Part shown: piece after piece, positions 18,339 to 26,846 of the stretch
How the letters are laid out: every line of letters begins with the position of its first letter
Position numbering within the stretch: position 1 is the first letter of the stretch
NCBI GenBank assembly: GCA_036768475.1
Contig: DAIPMW010000012.1
Span: 35,825 to 99,824, forward strand
Length of the DNA stretch: 64,000 nucleotides
DNA from: Hyphomicrobiaceae bacterium
Lineage (GTDB): Bacteria > Pseudomonadota > Alphaproteobacteria > Rhizobiales > Hyphomicrobiaceae
Direction of reading: 5' to 3'
Notes under the pieces: generated by a model
The model's database searches: none
Told to the model about the DNA's origin: nothing
The model's input: only the letters and a program-made list of their open reading frames with translations
Position numbers and translations under genes: made by a program

Positions 18339-20086
18339 TCCGCGGCTTTCGGTGTGGGCGCGGTAAAGCCACCCTGCTCGACCATACGCTGAAAAAGGCC
18401 GCCCGCAGCGGCGAGCTCGGCGAAGCGTCCGCGTTCCACGATCCGGCCCTGGTCCAGCACGAGGATCTCGTGGGCGTCAGCCACCGTCGACAGCCGGTGC
18501 GCAATGATGAAGGTCGTGCGGTTCTTGCGCAGCGCATCGAGTGCCCGCTTGATGCGCGCCTCCGTTGCCGCGTCGAGCGCGCTCGTCGCCTCGTCGAGGA
18601 TCAGGACCGGCGCGTCCTTGAGGATGGCGCGCGCCAGGGCGATGCGCTGACGCTCGCCGCCCGAGAGCGCCGCCCCGCGCTCGCCGATCATCGTCGCATA
18701 GCCGTCCGGCTTGCGCATGATGAAGTCGTGGGCCTCTGCCAGCCGCGCCGCCTGTTCGACGTCCGTGTCGCTGGCGTCCGGCCGGCCCACCCGTATGTTT
18801 TCCGCGATCGAACGGTTGAAGAGGCCCGCATCCTGGAAGACGACGGCGAGGTTGGCGCGCAGCGAGTGCTGCGTCACGTCGGCGATGTCGTGGCCGTCAA
18901 TGGAAACGCCGCCGCTGTCAGGCGCTCTCAGCCGCTGCAGCAGCGCCATCGTCGTGGATTTTCCCGACCCTGTCGGACCGACCAGCGCGATCGTCTCCCC
19001 CGGACGGGCACGGAACTTGAGACCGATCACGCCCTGGCCGCTGCCCGGAAACGAGAAAGTAACCTCGTCGTAGACGACGTCACCCTTCACATCGAGCAGT
19101 TCCACAGCATTCGGCTTGTCGGCGATCGCGGGCTGTTCGTCGATGAGCGAGAAGTATCTGTCGAGCGCCGGCGCTGCCTGCTGAACGCGCACAATGAAGC
19201 CCGAGATCTGGTCGAGCTTGCCGATGAGCAGGTTCGCAAATGCGACGAAGCTGACGATCTCGCCGACCGTGAGTTCGCCCTTGACGGCCAGCGTCGCACC
19301 GATAGCAAAGATCGATACCATGGCAATCGTCGCGGCCGCCTTTTGCAGGATTGTCAGGATGCCCCACCAGGTCAACACCGGGTATTGGGCGTTGAGCAAG
19401 TTGCCCATGACCGCCTTCAGCGCCTCGCTTTCGGCAGCAAGCCGCGTGTAGCTCTGCACCACTGTCACGTTCCCGAGCACATCGACGACACGGCCGGTGA
19501 CATCGCTGTGATAGCTCTCCACCTTCATCTGGTCGGTGCGCGTGCGCTTGACGACATAGAGGTTGAGGAGTGTGTAGATCACTGCCAGCGCGACCAGGAT
19601 TGCCGTCATCCGCGGATCGATGCTGATGGCCGTCGGGATGAGGAACAGCACGCCGGCGACCGCGGTCATCTGCTCGCGCATCGCGCCGAGCCACACCCAG
19701 AACAGCTCGTCGGTGCCGCGCAGGATTGTGTTGGTGACGGCACCCGAGCCGCGCTCCGCGTGATAGCCGAGCGGCAATGCAATCGCCCTGTCGAACGCAT
19801 CGGCCATTGCCACCAGCCGCCGCCGGTGCGCGAGGCGGTCCGCATAGATCGCGACGACGACGCCAGCCAGGATGCCGGCAAGCCCGAGGACCGCCCATAG
19901 GCCGATGAGGCTGAATGCGCTTTCGCTCTTGGACAATGCATCGACCACCCAGCCGAATAGAACAGGTTCGGCCAATTGCACTGCGGCGAGCGCGACCGAG
20001 GCCAGCGCCAGCAGGATGGCGAGCTTGCGCTCGGCGCTGAGCATCGCAATGGCGCGCTGATAAAGGGCGAAGATCTTTAGTCTCAC
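18335..20086 (-). CDS. ndvA: ABC exporter (fused TMD-NBD), NdvA/ChvA beta-glucan exporter-like
   Basis: Walker A GPTGSGKST, signature LSGGERQR, Walker B ILILDEATS. The TMD carries NdvA-like stretches (AEPVLFGWVVDAL, LLNAQYPVLTWW). GTG 20086 is chosen by N-terminal alignment; the ORF extends to 20146. Confidence 0.8.
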   Translation of the reverse strand: MRLKIFALYQRAIAMLSAERKLAILLALASVALAAVQLAEPVLFGWVVDALSKSESAFSLIGLWAVLGLAGILAGVVVAIYADRLAHRRRLVAMADAFDRAIALPLGYHAERGSGAVTNTILRGTDELFWVWLGAMREQMTAVAGVLFLIPTAISIDPRMTAILVALAVIYTLLNLYVVKRTRTDQMKVESYHSDVTGRVVDVLGNVTVVQSYTRLAAESEALKAVMGNLLNAQYPVLTWWGILTILQKAAATIAMVSIFAIGATLAVKGELTVGEIVSFVAFANLLIGKLDQISGFIVRVQQAAPALDRYFSLIDEQPAIADKPNAVELLDVKGDVVYDEVTFSFPGSGQGVIGLKFRARPGETIALVGPTGSGKSTTMALLQRLRAPDSGGVSIDGHDIADVTQHSLRANLAVVFQDAGLFNRSIAENIRVGRPDASDTDVEQAARLAEAHDFIMRKPDGYATMIGERGAALSGGERQRIALARAILKDAPVLILDEATSALDAATEARIKRALDALRKNRTTFIIAHRLSTVADAHEILVLDQGRIVERGRFAELAAAGGLFQRMVEQGGFTAPTPKAAD

Positions 20087-20212
20087 GGCGGCTGGCCGCC
20101 TTTCTTGTTGAGGTAGCGCAGCACGCGCGCTGAACAGGGGCCGCATGGCAGTCTGGTGACCACGTGTGGGGTTTATCAGGTTTGCCGCGCGATCGGCACC
20201 TGCGCGATGGTG

Positions 20213-22567
20213 TCAGGGATGCTGTTGCGAAATTCGACGTGCGAGACCGCGCAGCACCCCTCGGACGGGGTGGAAAGAGAACCGTACAACATGGCGTCCG
20301 GGTGGCAGGCGGACCGCACGGAACAGAACATTGGCGCGCAGCAGTTCAGCCGGCGCCCTGTCGATGGTGGCCTCCCACCAGGGGTGCCAAAGCTCATTGA
20401 GCACGAGAAAGCCGCCGTCCGGCCCATTGGCCTCCACCACCGTCTCGGTATTCGTTGCACCAACAATCCTGGCGGTGCCGGGTCGTCCCACGGTTTGCGG
20501 CTGTTGCGGCGGCGCTTCCAGCAGCACGACTTGCGTGAAATCTTCGCTCAGTCCGCCGCGAAGCAGCAGATCGGCGAAGTCGGCTTTCCTGGCTTTCGAA
20601 ACATAAAGGACCCGCGGCAACGCCTCCGGATTCTCATAGATCCACGCATTCTGCGTGCGCGCAACGAGAGGCAGGTCGCCTGCCGACAGGCTTTTGTCGA
20701 TGGTTTCGATCGCAGCGCCAGCGGCGATGAACCGCAGTCCGAGTAGGTTTGCCAGGGGCGAGCGGTAGGACGGGAACAGAGGAGTGAATTGGCGGTCCCC
20801 CGGGCTACCGGCCGTATTTCCCGCCCCGACAGCCGTCGAGTAGAGCGCCGAGCGGACTGGATTGTAGCCGAGCGTATTTTCCAGCCGGTGTGTGAGGCTG
20901 GCGTTCGACCAGTGGAAGCCGAGCCCGATCAACTCGATCCGGTCGCGCCGCGTGTCGCTTGCTGTTTCGGCGACTTTTCGCTTCAGCAGAGCGATCGTGT
21001 CGTTCTTCGTATGAGGGTCCAGCACCTCGTAGTGCTCGGGAGGCAGGGCCGTTGCGCCGCCCGGCCCATTGCTCCAGGCAAGGTCGCCGACGGTGAAGCC
21101 GATCAGCAGCATCGCAGCAGCCAGCGGTCGGAGCGGCTCCAGCCGGCGCGCGAAGAACAACACGCCCGCACCCATGGCGACGATCGACAGCGCAACGAGC
21201 AAGGGCGGCAATGCCTGATCAACGCGGCCGAAGCGCACCGCGAAACCGAAGGCCGCCGCGAAGGTACCGGCTGGAACGAGTGCTGCGGCGACGACCTGCA
21301 ACCGGCTTGGTTGCCAGAGCGGCTCGGCGAACAGCCGGTGTGCGACGTAACCGGCCAGAAGCGCGCCGAGATATCCAATCAGGAACGTCGCATCCGCCGG
21401 CCTGCGGTAGAAGTCGATACCGGGCAGCCAGGCGTGCATCAGCGCGAAGCCCGGCGTGTACCAGCCGAGCGCATAGATCAGCATGGCGGCGAGCGCGAGG
21501 CTGAAGAAACGAATCCCGGATCGCCAGAGTGTGCCCGTCACGAGGCCGGCAATGAGCAGCAGCACAGGCACCGCGCCGATATAAAGCTGCCCCATGTTCT
21601 GCGCGATGAAGAGCCCTGTGTCGACCCAGGTGAAACTGGGCGGCCCCCAGTAATCCTCCATCCGGCCGGATGAACCGAACACGTCGGGCGCGATGGCGGT
21701 GATGAGAAGAGCCGGATGCAGCGAGCCGCGCCCCGCACCGATCAGATCGATAGCCGGGCGATTGGAATCTTCCGCGGCAAGCGCCGTCATCACAATCGGC
21801 AGCGCGATCAGAAGGCCTCCCGCGATGGCGCCTGCGAAAAGGGGGCTGAGGCTGGCACCGATGCGCTGGGTGATGCTTCGGTCATCGTTTGGCAGTCCGA
21901 CGTCGCCCCCCAGCCAGTAGGCGATCACGTAGGCTGTGAGCAAATAAACCGAGAGGAGGGCGACTTGGTCGCGACCGAGCACGAGGAAGGCTGCGACGAT
22001 GCCGGCGGCGAGGCCATAGATCCATGACGACCGCTTGAGTGCCCGTTCCAGAAGCAGCAGCACGACCGCGAGCATGGCGAGGCTCAGCACCTGTCCGGTG
22101 TGTTGGATGCGCCATGCCATCGAAGCGCCAAAACCGAAGGCCAGAGCCGCGAGCACGGCGCCGGCCCAATGCCAGTTGCGCTCGCGAAACCAAGCCGCCA
22201 CGGCAAACATGCCAGCGAGAATCACCAGAAGCACGGTCGTGTCGACCTCATGCGAGGTCGGGTTCGGGGACAAGGCGGCGAGTGCCAGGAACGGGGGCGA
22301 AAAGAGCATTGCTTGCGGGTCGGCGATTTGCGCATGCCCCGAGAAGACGAACGGTGCCCAAGCCGGGCTCTCGCCGCGCCAGAAACTGTTCGCCATAAAC
22401 TGGATCTGCGGCAGGAAGTGTGCCTTCGCATCCCACGGGATCGTTACCCGGCCCGATAGCCATGGCCAGCCCAGAACAGCCCAACAGAGTGTGATGAGCC
22501 CGAGCACGGGAGCGAGCGGCCATGGACGCTCCACCGCATCGAAAAGGTCTCCCGCTCGCCCTGACAC
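20213..22567 (-). CDS. large polytopic membrane protein (YfhO/ArnT-like glycosyltransferase-C candidate)
   Basis: ORF 20213-22651. GTG 22567 has an AGGAG 6 nt upstream. Roughly 14 or more TM helices followed by a soluble C-terminal domain. The function assignment is weak. Confidence 0.6.
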   Translation of the reverse strand: MSGRAGDLFDAVERPWPLAPVLGLITLCWAVLGWPWLSGRVTIPWDAKAHFLPQIQFMANSFWRGESPAWAPFVFSGHAQIADPQAMLFSPPFLALAALSPNPTSHEVDTTVLLVILAGMFAVAAWFRERNWHWAGAVLAALAFGFGASMAWRIQHTGQVLSLAMLAVVLLLLERALKRSSWIYGLAAGIVAAFLVLGRDQVALLSVYLLTAYVIAYWLGGDVGLPNDDRSITQRIGASLSPLFAGAIAGGLLIALPIVMTALAAEDSNRPAIDLIGAGRGSLHPALLITAIAPDVFGSSGRMEDYWGPPSFTWVDTGLFIAQNMGQLYIGAVPVLLLIAGLVTGTLWRSGIRFFSLALAAMLIYALGWYTPGFALMHAWLPGIDFYRRPADATFLIGYLGALLAGYVAHRLFAEPLWQPSRLQVVAAALVPAGTFAAAFGFAVRFGRVDQALPPLLVALSIVAMGAGVLFFARRLEPLRPLAAAMLLIGFTVGDLAWSNGPGGATALPPEHYEVLDPHTKNDTIALLKRKVAETASDTRRDRIELIGLGFHWSNASLTHRLENTLGYNPVRSALYSTAVGAGNTAGSPGDRQFTPLFPSYRSPLANLLGLRFIAAGAAIETIDKSLSAGDLPLVARTQNAWIYENPEALPRVLYVSKARKADFADLLLRGGLSEDFTQVVLLEAPPQQPQTVGRPGTARIVGATNTETVVEANGPDGGFLVLNELWHPWWEATIDRAPAELLRANVLFRAVRLPPGRHVVRFSFHPVRGVLRGLARRISQQHP

Positions 22568-22857
22568 ATGATACTCCTGGCCTGACTGGCGCTCGCCGTT
22601 GTCCGCTCGAGGCGACCGCGGCTCTATAGCACCGCGCAGCGCCCTTGGCATGTGCGGGCAGCGCCTTTGTCGAACGGGTTCGGTGTGGGTGCCCGTCTGC
22701 CGGAGTGAGCAAGAGAGCCTGCCCCGTTCCCGCCTGCCGCCGAGCAGGGACCCTGGGACAATGAAGGCCGCCCTTGCCCTGCCATGGTCTTTCCCTTACC
22801 TCCACACCGGCCAGCCGACGATTGCTGCCGTCGAGACCATTTCACGCCGGGATTAGC

Positions 22858-23583
22858 ATGACGAAGACTGAGGATTTCGACGTCGCCGGGCTGCCGGCCG
22901 TTTATGCCGAAAGCCTGCTTCATATCCGCGAGGCACCGCCGTCGCGCCCCTTCGTCGTCGCACAACTGGGCCAGTCGCTCGACGGACGCATTGCGTTGCC
23001 TAGCGGTGAGAGCCGCTGGATCAACAATGGCGCTGCCCTCGACCATTTGCATCGCATTCGTGCCGTCGTCGATGCGGTTGTCGTGGGGATCGGCACTGCG
23101 CTTGCCGACGACCCGATGCTCAACGTGCGCCGCGTCAACGGGCGCAATCCTGCCCGCGTCGTCATCGATCCACGCGGCCGGTTAGGAGCCGATGCCCGCG
23201 TGCTCGCCCAGGACGGTGCCCCTTGTTACGTCGTCACTCGCCCGGGCATTCGCCCGCCGCCCGGCGCGCGGCATGTGGCGCTCGATGGCAGCCCGGAGGC
23301 TTTCGCCCCTGCGACCGTCGTCGAGGCTCTCTTCGCTCTTGGCCTGAGGCGGCTGCTGATCGAAGGCGGAGCGCAAACCGTCTCGAGCTTCATCGACGCG
23401 AATGCCATCGACAGGCTTCATGTTCTCGTTGCGCCATGTCTGTTGGGCTCCGGCAAGACTGGCATCAATCTGGCACCGCTTCCAGGGCTGAAGCATGCCC
23501 TGCGTCCGCGTGCCGAGGTTCATGTTCTGGGCGGTGGCGATGTGCTATTCGATTGCGACATGAGAATGCGACAGGAGGGCTGA
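22858..23583 (+). CDS. RibD C-terminal domain (pyrimidine reductase / DHFR-like) protein without deaminase domain
   Basis: Start at ATG 22858. QLGQSLDGRIA, VDAVVVGIGTALADDPMLNVR and LLIEGGAQT motifs. Confidence 0.8.
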   Translation: MTKTEDFDVAGLPAVYAESLLHIREAPPSRPFVVAQLGQSLDGRIALPSGESRWINNGAALDHLHRIRAVVDAVVVGIGTALADDPMLNVRRVNGRNPARVVIDPRGRLGADARVLAQDGAPCYVVTRPGIRPPPGARHVALDGSPEAFAPATVVEALFALGLRRLLIEGGAQTVSSFIDANAIDRLHVLVAPCLLGSGKTGINLAPLPGLKHALRPRAEVHVLGGGDVLFDCDMRMRQEG

Positions 23584-23586
23584 GCG

Positions 23587-24192
23587 ATGCGGCAATACGA
23601 CGGGAATGAGCCGAGAGCCTCATCGAACAAATCGTCACGTCTGCGGGTCGAAGTCTACAGCCCGACCGCGCGCCACTTCCACTGGACCGTCGTAGCGCTG
23701 CTTGCTGTGCAAATCCCCATCGGTTTTGCGATGGTCTATCGCGGCGGTACACTCAACATCTGGGACGGCCTCACCAACACTCTTTATTCAAGTCACAAAA
23801 TGGTCGGCATGATCATCCTTCTCACGGTGATTTTGCGTCTGGCCTATCGCGTGGTCCATGGCGCACCCGCAAGCGAACCGACGCTGGAACCCTGGCAGAG
23901 GATCTCCAGCGCCTTCAATCACTGGGGTCTTTATGTGTTTTTGATCATCGTCCCGGTGCTTGGCTGGCTCGGCGTGTCATATTATCCAGCACTGGACCTG
24001 TTCGGTATCATCAAGTTGCCGGGCCTCGTCGCCGCCAACCAGAAAACGGCCGAGGCCGTCTTCGAATACCACGCGCTGGCGGCCTTTGTGTTGATCATCT
24101 TTGCCGGCATCCACTTCGCCGCAGCGCTTTATCACTACATCATCCGCAGGGATAACGTGTTGGCGCGCATGATTCCGCGGTTGATGCGTTGA
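23587..24192 (+). CDS. cytochrome b561 family (CybB-like) membrane protein
   Basis: 201 aa, 4 TM. His-containing helices (HWTVVALL, SHKMVGMI, EYHALAAF, HFAAALYH). Starts 4 nt after the upstream stop. Confidence 0.8.
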   Translation: MRQYDGNEPRASSNKSSRLRVEVYSPTARHFHWTVVALLAVQIPIGFAMVYRGGTLNIWDGLTNTLYSSHKMVGMIILLTVILRLAYRVVHGAPASEPTLEPWQRISSAFNHWGLYVFLIIVPVLGWLGVSYYPALDLFGIIKLPGLVAANQKTAEAVFEYHALAAFVLIIFAGIHFAAALYHYIIRRDNVLARMIPRLMR

Positions 24193-24224
24193 GCAACCTT
24201 TTGTGGCGATGATTGCTGCGCACC

Positions 24225-25064
24225 TCAGGCCGGCATGGCGAGCATATCGGTATGGCCGATCTCCGCTTGCGTGTGTGCCGTGGCGCGCCATTGAGCGATC
24301 GTCTTCTGATCGACGGCCCCGGTCTCAGCGACCGCGGCCGCATGCCCGTTGGCAAGCTCGGCGATCAGATTCGCATCGCGCGGGCTCGCAAGCTTCCAGG
24401 GACTGTCACCCTCCTGCACGCTGTAGCCGCCGATGCGGAACTGGTCGGCAAGGTGTGCCGGCGCGGTGGGGCCGGCCGATGGGCCAAAGCCCTTGTCGCT
24501 CATTTGGTGGCGGTTGAACGCACCCGTCATCTGGTTATCGGCTGGTCGACGTGGCGTCCAATGCTGGATGCCGTTGTAGGTGAGCACGGTATAGAAAACC
24601 GCCCGCCGCTCGATCACCGCGTGCGCCAGCCGGCGGATGAACTGCGGGGATGCGAGATCGAAGAACGCCGCCGCCGTCACCAGATCCGGCGCTTCGCCCA
24701 ACACCGGTCCGAGATCGGCATTGAGGTCATAGCGCAAGAAGCGCACGGTGAGCGCGCGACCCTTTGCCGATAGGGCTAGGCGATCCTCTCCATCTTCAGT
24801 GGCACTGTCGGCCCAACTGGAAAGTGTGGTTCGCGCCGCAGCAAGGAGGGCGCGATCATAGTCGACCAATGTCCAGGTCTGTGTTGCCGGAAGCGCCTCT
24901 GCGAGTGCGCGCAGGTTGGAGCCGCTTCCGCATCCCAGATCGACGACCGAGATGGCGTCGCGTAATGCGAAGCGTGCCGCCAGCGCTCTGGCCAGTTCCG
25001 CATTGCGCGCGCGATGGTCGGCTGGCTCGCGAAGCGCCAGCCAGGCAGGATCGAAGCCACTCAT
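24225..25064 (-). CDS. class I SAM-dependent methyltransferase
   Basis: ATG 25064 overlaps the stop of the upstream GT (ATGA). SAM motif I VVDLGCGSGSN. Confidence 0.8.
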   Translation of the reverse strand: MSGFDPAWLALREPADHRARNAELARALAARFALRDAISVVDLGCGSGSNLRALAEALPATQTWTLVDYDRALLAAARTTLSSWADSATEDGEDRLALSAKGRALTVRFLRYDLNADLGPVLGEAPDLVTAAAFFDLASPQFIRRLAHAVIERRAVFYTVLTYNGIQHWTPRRPADNQMTGAFNRHQMSDKGFGPSAGPTAPAHLADQFRIGGYSVQEGDSPWKLASPRDANLIAELANGHAAAVAETGAVDQKTIAQWRATAHTQAEIGHTDMLAMPA

Positions 25065-26119
25065 GTGCGAATTCCGACAATGGTCGCGGCAACGCGCCGT
25101 ACAGTCTCGTTCCAGGTTGGCAATGTCCGCCCCGTTTCCCAAGATGCCCTGCGCATTGCTTTACGCAGCTTGTTATCGCCAAGCACGGTGGCGAGGGCAC
25201 GTGCGAGTGCAGAGGCATCACCGGGCGGCACCTTGATGGCGGCGGCGTCCGGTACGGTCTCAGCCGCCGCCCCGCCGGTCGTGCAGACGATCGCCAGGCC
25301 ACTCGCCATAGCTTCCGCCAGTACCATGCCGTAGCCCTCGTAATGCGAGGGCAGTACGAACAGATCGGCGGACTCGTAGAAGCGCGCCAGCGTAGTCGGG
25401 ACGACCGTGCCGGCAAGCGTGATGCGGTTCTCCAGACCGGCTGCATCGATCTGCGAGCGCAACGCCGCAACGGTTGCAGGGTCGCGGTCGAGCGCACCGG
25501 CGATGGTCAGCCGCCAGTTGGGGTCGTCGAGCATGGCGAGCGCACAGACCAGCACGTCGAACCCCTTGCGCGGCGTGATTGCGCCGACCGAAAGCAACTG
25601 CATCGGCATTCCGGTTCCCGTGGCGCGCGGTGCCGGATCGGTCCCGGGCTCCGCGACCGTGATGATGCTGTTGGAAACGCCGTAGTCTGCGATCAGCGTG
25701 CGCCGCGTGACATCAGACGTGACGATGATGTGCCGCGCCAGCGCCAGCGCCTTGGTCTCCGACGACCTGAGTATCGCGCGCCGCTCCTCCGATAGGCCCG
25801 CTTCCAGCGCCAGCGGGTGATGCACCAGAGCGATGATTCGGCGCTCCAGCCGTTGGATGAGATCGGCCGGCATTGCGCCATAGGCAAGCCCATCGATCAG
25901 CAGGCGCGCGTCGTGAGGCGTCTGCATCAGCAGCCGTTCCGTCTCCGCGAGGTCCTCAACGCTTGCATTGGGGTAGCTCGCTGGCAATGCCACATGTCGT
26001 GCCGCCAGCCCGTAGGACGGGAAAAGTTCCATCAGCCGTCGGTCGTAGGCATAGCCTCCCGTCGGGCTCTCGATATCGCCCGGGATGGCGAAAACGACCT
26101 CGGCAAGGGAATCAGGCAC
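25061..26119 (-). CDS. GT4-family (GT-B) glycosyltransferase
   Basis: 352 aa. C-terminal EX7E-type motif LPSHYEGYGMVLAEAMASGLAIV. Overlaps the upstream PTPS-like gene by 8 nt. Confidence 0.85.
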   Translation of the reverse strand: MPDSLAEVVFAIPGDIESPTGGYAYDRRLMELFPSYGLAARHVALPASYPNASVEDLAETERLLMQTPHDARLLIDGLAYGAMPADLIQRLERRIIALVHHPLALEAGLSEERRAILRSSETKALALARHIIVTSDVTRRTLIADYGVSNSIITVAEPGTDPAPRATGTGMPMQLLSVGAITPRKGFDVLVCALAMLDDPNWRLTIAGALDRDPATVAALRSQIDAAGLENRITLAGTVVPTTLARFYESADLFVLPSHYEGYGMVLAEAMASGLAIVCTTGGAAAETVPDAAAIKVPPGDASALARALATVLGDNKLRKAMRRASWETGRTLPTWNETVRRVAATIVGIRT

Positions 26120-26516
26120 GGACGGGTCCTTCGAACCAGGCGCGGGCGAGATCGGTTTCCGACAGCGTCACGCGGATCTTGGAAAGGCCGCGACCATCCT
26201 CGCCGAGCGCTCCTGAGTTGGCGGCTTCCACCATCTTGTCGAATACGTAACGGCAGAGAAACTCGGTTGTCGTCAGCTTGCCCTTGAACTGGGGCAGATC
26301 GTCGAGGTTCTGGTAGGCGAGCGGCTTCAGCGTCCTGTTGAGCACGTCGAGCGCTGCACCGATGTCGACAACGACATTCTGTGCGGTCATTTCCTCGCGC
26401 ATGAACGCGACATCGACGACGAACGTCGCGCCATGCATGTTCTGGGCAGGGCCGAAGAAGGGATCGGGCAGTGAGTGGGCGATCATGATGCGGTCGCGAA
26501 CTTCGACGGCGAACAT
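26112..26516 (-). CDS. 6-pyruvoyl-tetrahydropterin synthase/QueD-like (T-fold) protein with divergent active site
   Basis: 134 aa. IAHSLP...NMHGATFVVDV...VVDIGAAL...YQNLDDLP follows the PTPS/QueD pattern. See findings for the missing catalytic residues. Confidence 0.75.
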   Translation of the reverse strand: MFAVEVRDRIMIAHSLPDPFFGPAQNMHGATFVVDVAFMREEMTAQNVVVDIGAALDVLNRTLKPLAYQNLDDLPQFKGKLTTTEFLCRYVFDKMVEAANSGALGEDGRGLSKIRVTLSETDLARAWFEGPVRA

Positions 26517-26846
26517 ACGCGTGTCTTCTCCTGATATGTATGTGTTCGTGGGCGCGCTTGGACAGGCACAGGCTCCTGTCCAGCGTCCTCTATAGACGCG
26601 CGATCACGGCATCGCCAAGGCGGAAAACGGTGGAATGCCAACCCCGTGTGGTCGCCTCACCGCGGGCGGCAGCTTTCCTGCTCGCGATTTGATTGCCAGA
26701 CTTCCCTACTGCCGCCGCGATTCGCCCCGATAGTGAAGCCGGCGTGGAGGCGGCGCAGTGGTGGCCCGGATTTGCAGCTGAGTATGCAGCTGAGTATATG
26801 GTTGGCGAGGGTCGGCAGTGGCGACACCGACCGGGGGACGGCGAAG

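Noticed and set aside
22248-22805. Alternative ORFs and extended N-termini in several ORF-track entries, for example 2261, 3706, 14610, 22774, 26646, 29676 and 54927.
   Set aside because: The extensions overlap upstream genes or lack SD sequences. Internal ATG or GTG codons with SD-like sequences, and alignment of conserved N-termini, give the shorter coordinates reported in the features list.
26774-26797. Tandem 12-bp duplication gcagctgagtat x2 in the intergenic region upstream of the L,D-transpeptidase gene.
   Set aside because: It has only two units, no further copies were noticed, and it is compatible with simple replication slippage. No functional inference is possible.
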